NCBI RefSeq assembly: GCF_028641065.1
Contig: NC_073389.1
Coordinates: forward strand, 11,470,001-11,534,000
Reading direction: 5' to 3'
Length of the DNA stretch: 64,000 bases
Source: Leucoraja erinacea
Taxonomy: Eukaryota
Part shown: positions 52,421 through 64,000 of the stretch, piece after piece
How the letters are laid out: each line of letters opens with the position of its first letter
Numbering within the stretch: the first letter of the stretch is position 1
The notes under the pieces: generated by a model
Databases searched by the model: none
The model's input: the letters and a program-made list of their open reading frames with translations, nothing else
Told to the model about the DNA's origin: nothing
Position numbers and translations under genes: made by a program

Positions 52421-52997
52421 GCCGCTTTCCCTCAAGAGGCAGCAAGAGTTGGATAGTTACTATTTTTTTCTTATTTACAATAAACATCGAGCTGAATTTA
52501 CAGAGCAATGCAAGCAGCAAATGTAATCATGAAGCATCAAAACACACAGTGCTAGACGAACTCAATGGGTTAGGCAATGTCTGTGGCTGGAATGGATACT
52601 CCAGTATCTGTGTAGGAAAGAACTGCAGTCGCTGGTCTAAACTGAAGAGAGACACAAATGCTGGAGTAGTTCTTGTGTCAATCATAATGCAGGAAATTCC
52701 ATTTGACCAAAGTTTGTGGAAATACAAAGGAATACCAAAGAGAAACGGGAGGAATTAAATAAACAAGTTAAATTATTATTACTCCTTCACTCGTCTTAAC
52801 AAAAAAAGTGACCTCTGGTCATTTGAATTAAAGCAAACAATAATATTTATCACTTGAATTTGAATCCTCAAATGGATTTTGGTTTTATAGTATGAACATG
52901 CTTAGTTTAAACTTTTTTAATCTGCTAATTTTGGAGCAATTGTTTCACATTTTAAAGTATATGTTTTACAAATACACCATGACTGCTGGTACAATAC

Positions 52998-53065
52998 CTT
53001 ATTGAAATTTCTGGTAGCACAGTTGGATAATTTGGGGGGAAAGCACAAGATAATGTGCACACTAC
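52998..53065 (-). CDS. RWDD2B: RWDD2B coding exon 2 (VVCTLSCAFPPNYPTVLPEISIR)
   Basis: RWD YPxxxP motif; 68 nt; canonical sites. Confidence 0.92.
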
Positions 53066-53173
53066 CTGAAAACAAAACAAATAATTAATTGGAGGAAAAA
53101 ATGTTTCATGTGCAATAATTTAAAATAATAGATGCAATCTTTATTACTTAAATATTTGTATTGTGATACTGAC

Positions 53174-53365
53174 ATTAAGAGCCTCTAAATGGAGGTGTAC
53201 AGTGTATTGTAGTCTTGAGGTTGGTGAGCTCTGCATCTTTCCTTGTATGTAGTCTCTGAGATCTGCCAGTGCCAACTGATCATCCACCAGAATCTCGTTA
53301 GGAAACATGCTGAAAAGAAGTTCCAGTTCAGACACCTGTGCCTCAGCATTAGCAGGACTGGACAT
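53174..53365 (-). CDS. RWDD2B: RWD domain-containing protein 2B, first coding exon (MSSPANAEAQVSELELLFSMFP...HLEALN)
   Basis: RWD N-terminal Q..ELELL.SMFP motif; exon acceptor at 53397-53398, so an upstream non-coding exon is implied; donor GTCAGT; synteny with LTN1. Confidence 0.9.
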
Positions 53366-53517
53366 TTTCAGGAATGTTTTTCACAAGGTGCAATAGCTGC
53401 AGGGGAACACATAAAAAGTCAATTAGTACATGTCAAAAATGATAATTGCAACAATTTTAAAATAAATATTTCTTGGAGGAAATTCTCGAACCTAAGGCAT
53501 TCACCTATGGACTAAGA

Positions 53518-53841
53518 TTTTTTTTGGTTTTTTTTTTTGTTTATTTTATTAGAAGTTAATACAGTACAAAACAGTACAGTGGAACCTAATTTTAGGTGCC
53601 AACTATGTCATACCGTAATCCATTCTATGTACAACCTCTAGTTTTATGTTTTGAGAAGGAAGTAAGCAAGACAAGAAAAAGAAAACAATAGAAAGGGTAA
53701 AAAGAGGAAAAATAGATGGTAGAGAATAGAAAAATGTGAAGTGTGTATATAAAAAAAAAAGTGGAAAGTAGAAATAGGAAAGAAGGCCCCTTAAAAGAGA
53801 AATTTTCAAATCTTTACTCGGAGATGTAATCTATCCACGGG
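53518..53841 (-). mobile_element. 5'-truncated L1/Tx1-like insertion with poly(A) tail
   Basis: Poly(T) at 53518-53540 on plus; TSD CCTATGGACTAAGA at 53504-53517 and 53842-53855; minus-strand PWIDYISE* ORF2 end. Confidence 0.75.
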
Positions 53842-54904
53842 CCTATGGACTAAGATTTGAAACGACTTTTGATGTATGAACCTGTCTTCATTGAGGCGAC
53901 AACAGTGGAGAGAGTCAACAGCTTTAAGTTCTGGGTCATGCGTATTTCTGAAGATCTGTCCTGGGCTCAGAACATTGATACAGTCACAAAGAAAACTCAT
54001 CAACTCCTTCACTTAGAAGATTGAATTCAATAGTGGTATTTTTAAAGCAGGTGTGAATCTCAGAATGCAATGGGGGGGGGGGGGGGGGGGGGGGGGGTTT
54101 AAAGATGTCCGTGAATATCGCAGCCAGCTGATCCACGCAAATCCTGGGGCACCACTGGGGACAATCATGGCCAATTGCTTTCTCTGGGTCCACTCGCATG
54201 AAGGCCGATCTTATATCTGTGATAATAATTGTGGATACGGGTGGACCCAAGGCTGTCAGGGTAAATGACGTTATTCCACCGACCTTCCGAACATAGAATA
54301 CATTGAACATCAGTGACACTGTCTGCCTTCAACTAGTCAATTTTGCAATGGACAGGCAGAATCTTTTCAGTTGACTAAGAAACTAAATATATCTGGACCT
54401 CATCAACAAGTTTCAATGAAGCTCAGATCTGGAGTCACCATGCTGCACTAAGATTTGAAAATATTACATTTGTGGAACATCCCCTTGCAATTCTGAGCCT
54501 GGTGGATGATTTAAAATCAGATTTCTTGTTTCAGAGAAACTAGATTTCAAATTTCTAGTTGCAGAGAAATTATTTTGTATAGTAAAAAAATAATTAATTT
54601 GTTGAATGAAAGGCAAGGCGATTACTGAGACGTGTGTTCTCAAAATGCCTCCTATAATTCCTTGAGGTCATTCTGCCTTCAAGGAAACTCAAGGGGAAAC
54701 AGATCAAATCATTGCTTAACCCACTGATTTTTAAATAAATTGTTCTACCCAATTTCATTTTTTTTAATTTTAACATTTTATAATAACAGCATTGTAACTA
54801 GTGGGCAAGTTTACAAGATCAGTAATATCAACCCATAATATGACAATTAATAATTAGCCAAATAGACTATTAAAGCTGGTCTGTCATTCTATATGACTAA
54901 ATAG

Positions 54905-56290
54905 ACTGGAGTAACTCAGTGGGATAGGCAGCAACTCTGGAGAGACTGAATGGGTGACGTTTCGGGTCGAGACCCTTCTTCAGACTGATGTCAGGGGAGT
55001 GGGCGGGACAGAGATAGAATGTAGTCCGCGACAGTAAGACTGGTGGGAGAACTGGGAAGGGATGGAGAGGGAGGGAAAGTCGGGCTATTAGAAGTCATTG
55101 TTCATACCGCTGAGATGTTATATGCTGTATGTGGTGGTTGATAGGGTGGAAGGTGAGGATGAGGGGACAAAGGCAAAGGACAAAGGACAAGTATTGTCAC
55201 ATACACCAATTGGTGAGGTGAAATTTGAGTTGCCATTTGCAGCACACCAATAAAAATAAAACACAACATTAAAGAAGAATTTAACATTAAACATAAAACA
55301 TCCTCCCACAATGGTTCCCACTATGAGGGAAGGCAGCAAAGTCCAGTCCTCTTCCTCTTGTTCACCCGTGGTTGGGTCCTATTTGAGGCCTCCGCAGTCG
55401 GCACAACGGTGGCCCAATGTTTTCAGGTCCTCTCACCAGGTGGTGGAGCTTCGGCGTCGGAAGAACACTTCAGCGGCTTAGAGTGTCTGGAACGGCCACT
55501 TCCTCTCCAGAGACTGTGGCTCCAAAACTCCACAGGCCGCGCTGGTCGGAGCTCCGACACTGGCGATCTCGGCGAAAGATCCCAGGCTCCGCGGTGTTCA
55601 AAGTCAGCGCCGACGCAGCTGGATGCTCCGCAGACCCCACAACTCCGTGATGTTGGAGTCGGTGGTCTCAGCACTCCAGAGCTTACCACACGACGACTCT
55701 CGGTAAGACATCGCCCGCTCCGCAATGATGCTTCAGCGCTGCGTCGCCGCCGAAGCTGAAGATTCTGGCCGGTCCCGGCAGGAAACGCCACTCCAGTCCA
55801 GGTTGTAGGCCGCGAGGGGAAGGCGAAGATGTGGCTCGGAGGAAAGACGCATCTCCGACCGGGTAGGGACTGAGGGAAAAAAAGCCCCCCCCCCCCCCAA
55901 ATAAAAAGACTAGACCTCCAAAACAAAACTTTTTAACACACTAAAAATAAAAAAAAGGTGGAAGGACAAACAGCTGCAGGCTGGGCAGCCATACTCGACG
56001 GCGCACCCACTCGACTCTGTCCTTGTTGCGAATGGGGGGGGGGGGGGGGGGGGAAGAGAGAGCGGAGCTGCGGGATATTGAGGAGACCCTAGCGAGAGCC
56101 TCATCTATATTGGAAGAGGGAACTAAAGGGTGAGGACAATTCCGATGATCTAATATGGAAACCCTCATCCTGGGCGCAGATGCGGCATAGATGAAGGAAT
56201 TGCGAGTAGGGGACAATAACAGAATGCAGGGTGGGAAAAAGTGTAGTCTAGATAATTATGGAAGTCAGTAGATTTGTTTGTAGTAGATGT
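54905..56290 (-). mobile_element. Penelope-like 3' fragment interrupted by a CpG-rich retroposon (55157-56012, minus)
   Basis: Terminal repeat at 54905-54990; IDEALARVSSISRSSAL...IRNKDRV at 56013-56216; insert has head GAGTGGGTGCGCC..ATGGCTGCC and (TGTCCTT)n tail. Confidence 0.75.
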
Positions 56291-57429
56291 AGTAGGTTTG
56301 TAGTAGATGTCGGGGGTGTCAGTAGGTCAATATTCTATAAGACTATATGTGATCATTCATAGACACAGAAAAAGGCCTTTTGGACCACTTAGTCCTCATG
56401 GATGATCATCATGCACCTATTAATGCAATACGACACTAATCACATTTTTAGTCCCCCATATCCATCAATTCCCCAAGCCCCCAAGAGCAACTTCATGGAC
56501 AATTAACCCACCTCTTTGAGGTTTTAGAAGAAACCGATACAGCCGGGGAAACCCACGTGGTCACAAGCAAAATGAGCCAATTCCACACAGGGAGCGTTTA
56601 GAAGTCAGGATTGAACTTGGGCACTGGAATTGTGAGATCAAAGTTCCACTGGGAGGTTCGACGTGCTCTGCGACTGGCAACCGTGATCGGTCATAATAGA
56701 AAGTGCCTCTGTCATAAGGAGACACAGATTTAATCTTGGTTTCAATTCCTGCTTGCTCTCTTCCCTTCCAGCCCAACACTCTGGATTGTTTTCGCACTTC
56801 CCTGATATCAGCCATTAAGCTTTTGACCATTGCCCTTCACCCTCTCTCTCCAAAACATTCAATTTCTTCGGTCAGAAACAAGGCATTGCCTGGTTCTGTG
56901 TACACTACAAATATGTTTGGAATCTTAGCGAAAGTTTTGAACAAAATTAAATTGAATTTAAAATAAATCAAAAGAATAAGAAAGGATTGTCATTATTTAA
57001 ATGCGTAAACGTTTCAACTAAATTGAATTGAATGTATTACCGTTTCAACTGCATTGAATACGGTTGTAAAACAATCGGGACGGGTTGTGATTGTTAAATA
57101 AAGGAGATATTACTTCATGCGGCCTCACTGGTCAGATAGTGATGATTACTACAGGACAAAACATTTCGCCGAGGACACCTTCGTGTGGACTGGAGCCTGT
57201 CTGTATTCGCTGCCCGCACGTCACATATCCATAGACAAACACAAAATACTGGAGTAACTCAGCGGGACAGGCAGCATCTCTAAAGAGAAGGAATAGACGA
57301 CGTTTCGGGTCGAGACCTTTCTTCAGACTGAGAGTCAGGGGGAAAGGAAAACGAGATATAGAACAAATGAATGAAAGATATGCAAAAATGTAACGTTAAC
57401 TGTGGTGAAAACCAGTTAAACATATCATG

Positions 57430-58000
57430 AACTCACCAGATGTACACATCACCTGTCCATGTTCTCCAGAGATGCTGCCTGACTCGCTGCTGAGTTACTC
57501 CAGCACTTTTTGTCTTTCTTCGATATATTACTTGGTGCGGCCTCGCGGGTCAGATATTTCGCCGAGGACACATTCGTGTGGACCCTGTCCGCGATCGCCG
57601 CCGGCACATCACCTTGCCCGTGTTCTCCAGAGATGCCGCCTGGGCCGCTGCTGAGGCTTGTGGCACTCGGTGCCTTTCTTCTCGCCAACTATCCGCCGCG
57701 TTCGTGGACTTCTCTCGGCCACCGTCGCTCCCAGACGGCCGGCCGGTCGCGCACGCGCGAGAGCGAGAGCAACCGCAGGCGCCGTCGCCGGTTGACGTCT
57801 CTCTGTCCGTCCGTCCGCGGCTGGAGCAGGAGCGGGAGCGGGAGCGGGAGGGGCGGTGAGTCTTCAAGGACGGGTGAGGAGGGAGGGGTGGGGGCTCCGC
57901 CGGGGACGCCTCATACCGTACTCGGGCTTTAACTGTTGGCGACAGGGTCAGGCCACGATCAGCCGCTTCCGCAGCCGGACCCCCACGTCACGTGATTGGA
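57430..58000. promoter_or_regulatory. CpG island, probable bidirectional promoter for RWDD2B (minus) and a divergent gene (plus, USP16 by human synteny)
   Basis: Dense CpG; minus-strand donor G|GTGAGT at 57436 and plus-strand donor GGCG|GTGAGT at 57856; no coding sequence of the plus-strand gene recognised. Confidence 0.6.
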
Positions 58001-58445
58001 ACAGGATTAGGCCATTCGGCCCATCAAGTCTACTCCGCCATTCAATCATAGAAACATAGAAAATAGATGCAGGAGTAGGCCATTCGGCCCTTCGAGCCTG
58101 CACCGCCATTCAATATGATCATGGCTGATCATCCAACTCAGTATCCCGTACCTGCCTTCTCTCCATGGCTCCCTTCAAGCTCCATCTCCTGCCTTCTCCC
58201 TATAACCCCTGACACCCGTACTAATCAAGAATCTATCTATCCTTGACTTTAAAATATTCATTGACTTTGCCCTCCACAGCCGTCTGTGGCAATGTGTTCC
58301 ACATATTCACCATCCTCTGACTAAAGAAATTCCTCCTCATCTCCTTCTTAAAGGAACGTCCTTTAATTATGAAGCTATGACCTCTCGTCCTAGACTCTCC
58401 CACTAATAGAAACACCCTCTCCTTATTCATTCTATCCAAGCTTTT
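58000..58445 (-). mobile_element. Nested CR1-type 3' ends
   Basis: GESRTRGHSFIIKGRSFKKEMRRNFFSQRMVNMWNTLPQ; two tail copies. Confidence 0.85.
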
Positions 58446-59070
58446 CAAAGTGATCTAACCATCGCGAGTGGCTGTGGCTTGGGGCATGTAGTTCCTCCAA
58501 TCGTCTAATTTATTTAATTCCTATAGGACATGAGATGCAAGAAGTGGATATTAGTAATGAAAATAAACCTCAGTCTGGAAGTCTGCAATAAAAAGAGATA
58601 AGAGAAATCTGTGAGTAAATTAGGCACCAGCGAACTTGACAGTAGTAGGGAAGATGCCAGAATTAATTCCAATTATCCCCAATTAACGAAGAGGCTCAGT
58701 TCCAAAGGAATCTTTATATGTGAATTTTCATTGTACAAGAATGGCTTTTCATTATTTCCCAGAGGAAATTTCACTTTGTATCTGGTGTTAAGGACAAAGA
58801 GTCAACAGAGGCAGTTATTTTGCTGAACCACACTCGCATGTGTTTCAGAGAGGATCCAGTTATGAGGTTACTGGAGGTAAGCCAGGTTACCGGTTGGTCT
58901 GTTCTGTCAATTTGTCAGAATGGTAACTCAGCTGTGCTCATGGTAGCTCATTGTGTCATGGTAGCTCATTGTGCGGTGATTTCATACCCTAGATACTGGA
59001 TCTCAACTAAATTTAATTTATTATTGTCACGTGTACCGAGGAGCAATGAAACTCCTTTTGTTACGTGCTG

Positions 59071-61390
59071 TGGGGGAGTCGGGGAGCGCCCTGTCAAGGG
59101 AAGTGCCTTGTGAAAAAAAGTGCGAGTCTTTGGCTCAAGAGTCTTCGGCGAGGAGGCTGAGGATAGGAGAGTACGCAAAAAGCTGGAAAGGACGGCACGC
59201 GGTGAACACATGACAGGTAAGATGAGGCAGTATGATGCTTGCAGGGTGTGAGTGGTCAGGGACACGGATGGAGCCTCTGGCTGCTACAAATGTGGCAAGT
59301 GTGTCCAGGTTCAGCTCCTGAAGGACTGTGTTGGGGCACTGGAGAAGCAGCTGGATGACCTCAGGGACTTCCGGGAAAACAAGAGTTTCCTGGACAGGAC
59401 CTACAGTGAGGTTATCACGCCGAGGATACGGGAAGAACAAAGGTGTGTGACTGAGAGAAAGGGTGATAATCCATGGAGTGCAGGGGACCCAGGTGGCTGT
59501 GCCTAATGAAAACAGGTACGCCCTCTTGGGAACTGTCGGGAGAGACGACGCTTCCGGTCCGAGCGGCGGACACGTCGGTGGCTCCAATCCTAGAGATGGG
59601 ACTCGATCGGCGAAACCGACGTCGGGCAGAGCCCTAGTGGTGGGTGACTCCATTGTCCGAGGTGCGGACAGGAGATTCTGTGGCGGTAGGCGAGACGCGA
59701 GGATGGTCTGTTGCCTCCCCGGTGCCAGGGTTCAAGATGTCACAAACCAAATTTAGAACATCCTCGAGAGAGAAGGTGAACAGACGGCAGTAGTTGTGCA
59801 CGTAGGCACAAACAACATCGGGAAGAAGAGGAAGGAGGTTCTGCAACGTGAGTTCAGAGAGTTAGGAAGAAGACTGAAAAGCAGGACTTCTAGTGTTGTT
59901 ATCTCTGGATTGCTTCCAGTACCTCGTGCTAGTGAGGACAGGAACAGGGAGATAGGGGATCTGAATGTGTGGCTGAGGGGCTGGTGCAGGGAGCAAGGAT
60001 TTATATTTCTAGACCACTGGGATCTCTTCTGGGGTAGGGGTGACCTGTACCAAAGGGACGGGTTGCACCTTAACTGGAGGAGAACCGACGTTCTGGCAGG
60101 CAGGTTTGCTAGGGCTACACGTGTGGGTTTAAACTAAATAGTGGGGGGGGAGGGATTGACAAATTGGGAGTATAAAGATGGAGTTAAAGGGGAAGTGAGT
60201 ACAGGAAAAGTTACAAAAGATTCTCGAATTAATGGGGAGGAAAGTTCGAGAAGGGATAAGAGAATAAGGTCAGGACTAATTGCAAGTGGTGCGAGAGGGG
60301 AGGTGAATACCGAGGTCAAAGTGTTGTATATGAATGTGTGAATCACATGAAATAAAGTGGACGAGCTTGAGGCTCAGTTAGAAATTGGCATTAAACTTCA
60401 TCTCCCATGCATCTGCCCACTCCCCCAACCTGTCCAATTGGTTGGCAGACAGGAAACAAAGAGTAGGGTCCCTTTCAGAATGGCAGGCAGTGACTAGTGG
60501 GTGCTGGGACCGCAGCTATTTACAATATACAATGATTTAGATGAAAGGATTCAAAGTAACATTAGCAAATTTGCAGATGACACAATGCTGGGTGGCAGTG
60601 TGAACTGTGAGGAGGATGCTATGAGAATGCAGGGCGACTTGGACAGGTTGGGTGAATGGGCAGATGCATGGCAGATGCAGTTTAATGTGGGTAAATGTGA
60701 GGTTATCCACTTTGGTAGCAAAAACAGGAAGGCAGATTATTATCTAAATGGTGTCAAGTTGGGGAAAAGGGAAGTACAACGGGATCTGGGGTCCTTGTTC
60801 AGTCAATGCGAGTAAGCATGCAGGTACAGCAGGCAGTGAAGAAAGCGAATGGCATATTGGCCTTCATAACAAGAGGAGTTGAGTGTAGGAGCAAAGAGAT
60901 CAGTCTGAAGAAGGGTTTCGGCCCGAAACGTCGCCTATTTCCTTCGCTCCATAGATGCTGCTGCACCCGCTGAGTTTCTCCAGCAATTTTGTGTACCTTC
61001 CATCTTCCAGCATCTGCAGTTCCTTCTTGAACACTAAGATTATTAAGGGTTTGGATACGCTAGAGGCAGGAATCATGTTCCCGATGTTGGCGGAGTCCAG
61101 AACTAAGAATAAGGGTAAGCCATTTAGAACAGAGATGAGGAAATACTTTTTCACACAGAGTTGTGAGTCTATGGAATTCTCTGCCTCAGAGAGCATTGGA
61201 GGCCGGTTCTCTGGATACTTTCAAGAAAGAGCTAGTTAGGGCTCTTAAAGTTAGCGGAGTCAGGGGAAATGGGGAGAAGGCAGAAACGGGGTACTGATTG
61301 GGGATGATCAGCCATGATCACACTGAATGGCGGCGTTGGCTCGAAGGGCCGAATGCCCTACACCTGCACCTATTGTCTATTGTCTATCCA
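59071..61390 (+). mobile_element. CR1-type LINE retaining ORF1 (zinc finger/coiled coil plus SGNH esterase) with internally deleted ORF2
   Basis: CYKCGKC...LEKQLDDLR; VVGDSIVRG...PGARVQD...HVGTNN...DGLHLN; ORF2 start (KVLYMNV..NKVDELEAQL) jumps to RT KFADDT and the 3' tail; stops and frameshifts present. Confidence 0.9.
60899..61033 (+). mobile_element. Solo Penelope-type terminal repeat containing a minimal hammerhead-ribozyme motif
   Basis: CTGAAGA-A-GGGT-TTCG-GCCC-GAAAC-GTC at 60905-60932. Confidence 0.7.
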
Positions 61391-61399
61391 GTCAAAGAA

Positions 61400-62460
61400 A
61401 AGACTATACATGACTACAATCAAACCATCCACTGTACAGGTAAAGGTACAACATTTAGTTTAGTGTCATGTGGAGGTACAGTGAAAAGCTTTTTTGCGTG
61501 CTAACCAGTCAGCGGAAAGACAATAATTCCAACATGATTACGACCGAGCCTTTCGCAGTTTACAGATGCATGATAAAGTGAATAACGTGAATAATGTTTA
61601 GTGCAAGGTAAAGCCATTGAAGTCCGATCAAAGATAGTTCGAGGGTCTCCAATGAGGTAGATAGTAGTTCAGGACAGCTCTTTAGTTATGGTAGGACAGT
61701 TCAGTTGCCTGATAAGAGCTGGGAACAAACTGTCTCTGAATCTGGAGGTGTACGTTTTCACACCTCTATACCTTTTGACCGATGGGAGAAGAGGGTGTAG
61801 CTAGGTTGCGATTCGTCCTTGATTATGCTGGTGGCCTTCCAAAGGCAGCGAGAGGTATAAATTGAGTCAATGGAAGGGAGGTTGGTTTATGTGATGGTCT
61901 GGGCTGCGTCCACAATTCGCTGCAACTTCTTGTGGTCTTGGATGGAGCTATTCCCAAACCAAACTGTGATTCATCCCGATAAAATGTTTTCTACGGTGCA
62001 TTGGTAGAAGTTGGTGAGAGTTTTTGGAGACATGCTGAAGGAAGTAGAGGCGTTGGTGTGGTTTCCTGGCCGTTACTTCAAGATGGGTGGTCCAGGAGAA
62101 GTTGTTGGTGATATTGACTCCTAGGAATTTGAAGCTTTCAACCATCTCTACTTCGGCGCCGTCAATGCAAACTGGGATATGTGTACCACTTCACTTCCTG
62201 AAGTTGATCACTATCTCCTTTGTCTTGCTGACATTGAGAGAAAGGTTGTTGTCACGGCACCGACACTAGGTTCTCGATCTCCTTACTGTACTCCGTTGCA
62301 TCATTATTTAATATCCGGCCCATAATGGTGGTGTTCTCTGCGAATTTGAAAATTGAATTAGATTTGTACATGAGTGGACAGTTGTGGGTGTACAAGGAGC
62401 AAAGGAGGGGGCTGAGAACGCATCCTTGCGAAGCACCAGTGTTGAGGATAAGACGATATG
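61400..62460 (-). mobile_element. Rex1/Babar-clade LINE RT and 3' end
   Basis: [23 protein letters not shown]...FKFAENTT; VESFKFLGVNITNNFSW. Confidence 0.85.
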
Positions 62461-62610
62461 AAATAAAGAGCACAATTCTGAAGTGTATGCAAAGAAAGAA
62501 GGACCTGGATGTACATGTGCCTAATCTTTGAAAGTGACAGAATATGTTGAGTGATCATTTAGTAGAGTTCATGGGGTCATAAATGGAATCATAGGCAAAA
62601 GCTATTAAAC

Positions 62611-63950
62611 TCTATAACTTTAAAGCTCTCATCTTGTATGTGTGTGTATGTATATGTGTGTGTCTTGAAATTTTCGCAAAAACACTGCTCGGTAACAATA
62701 AGATTTTTACATATTCTGACACATTTTTCCCCTCTAAGCAGTGATCAGCTTCACAAGATGTTATGCTTTATTTCACGACATTGTTGATTAAAGTTTAAAA
62801 AAGTAAAAAAACTCCCTTTTAAACCGACCAGCTTCCACTGATGACGTCACAATGAGGTGGGCGGGCACGATGGCTCGACTCGGAGCACGTTTTACACACA
62901 GAATATTTCACGAGCTTTGAGTGATGTTAGTGGGTGGGCTGCATTTCCACAACATTCCTCAAACGCTTCACCACCTCCCCAACAATCGACCTGCTTCATT
63001 CTCACTGCTTGATGCTTCAATCTGACCGCCATCTTTAAAATATGACGTCCCAATGAGGTGGGCGGGCACCATGGCTCAGGTCGGCGCCCGTTTCACACAC
63101 GCCCGCCTGTGGCCTCGCTCAGGTCCACACACGCCTGCTGTCACGCGCGGGGTCCCCGGGTCCACGCTCGCACGCGGCCTCACTCTGGTCCTCGAGCCCT
63201 CAGGTCCACGTCCGCCTGCGATCTCCCTCGGGTTCTCGGGTCCACGTCCGCCCACGGCCTCGCTCGGGTCCACGCCCGTCTGCTGCCGTGGGCCGAGCCC
63301 GGCTACTGGCCCTGGGCTGGAGCTGAGCCTGTAGCTGGAGTGAGGGCCAGGGCTTGGGATGGGGCCGTGACTGGGGCTGAGAGAGAAGCCGCCGGTGGAA
63401 CCAAGGACGAGCTGGGAACAGGGACGAGCCAGGAGAAGAAGTCGGGGCCATGCGGCGGCCGAGCTGACGGCTGCAGTCTACAGCCAGGGCTGGGCTGAGT
63501 ACAAGAACCAGGCCGAGTTCCAGGCCCTGGCGCTGCTCTACGACCTGGGTAGCTGTGTCAGGGAATGGAAGTGAGGGGAGGAGGATGAAGGAAATGAGGA
63601 GGAGGAGGGAGATGGAGTGCGGTCTCTACCCCCTCCCTCCCTACCCCCCTCTCCTTCCCTCTACCCTCTCTCTCTACTCTTCTCCCTCCCTCTCTACCCC
63701 CTCCCCCCTCCCTCTCTCCCCCTCCCTCTCTACCCCCCCTCCCCCTCCCTCTCTACACCCCCCCCTCCCTCTCTACCACACCTCCCTCACTACCCCCTCC
63801 CTCTCTACCCCTTCCCAATCTAAGGAGTGGTGAGTATTGGGACCTATGGGTGAGTGGTGGAGTATTGCATTCGGGGCCAGCCCTCCCCTGTGACGCCGTG
63901 TGCGTTCCCCCCCTTGATGAACGGGACCCAACGAGCCCCACTTGGTCTAG
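62611..63950 (+). mobile_element. Non-autonomous Helitron-like element with GC-rich cargo and a C/T-rich microsatellite (63620-63815)
   Basis: 5' TCTATA..., (TG)n, 3' imperfect hairpin GGGACCCAACGAGCCCC followed by CTAG|T at 63947-63951; no TSD or TIR. Confidence 0.6.
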
Positions 63951-64000
63951 TATTTTATAAAACTGTGGTTAGAGCGCAGATAATAATGTCTGATTTTTTT

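Noticed and set aside
55358-55926. Long overlapping GC-rich ORFs (also 57449-58059 and 63053-63498)
   Set aside because: Stop-poor GC-rich repeat or CpG-island sequence with no recognisable protein features.

Overview
Eukaryotic (vertebrate) genomic DNA. The repeat content (HE1-type V-SINEs, CR1/HER1-type LINEs, DeuSINE, abundant Penelope-like termini) points to a cartilaginous fish; the taxon is an inference. The minus strand carries the first 14 coding exons of LTN1/listerin (45350 down to 2431; the gene continues off the left edge) and, upstream, a complete 4-coding-exon RWDD2B (291 aa). A CpG island at ~57.5-58 kb probably also starts a divergent gene, USP16 by human synteny, but none of its coding sequence is visible. 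The main discovery is a small intact gene on the opposite (+) strand inside the ~19.8 kb LTN1 intron 13. It encodes a 74-aa apelin-like prepropeptide (signal-peptide exon 8340-8403 plus exon 8821-8987) ending in KR|PRPKLSRKGPLPF, a divergent apelin-13 that may be an unrecognised apelin paralogue. The rest is transposon debris: Penelope-like elements with GIY-YIG/RT fragments and minimal hammerhead-ribozyme motifs, CR1, Rex1/Babar and L1 fragments, hAT and Tc1/mariner MITEs, and a Helitron-like element apparently carrying a captured SAC3D1-like exon fragment. All family assignments come from recalled motifs, not database searches.
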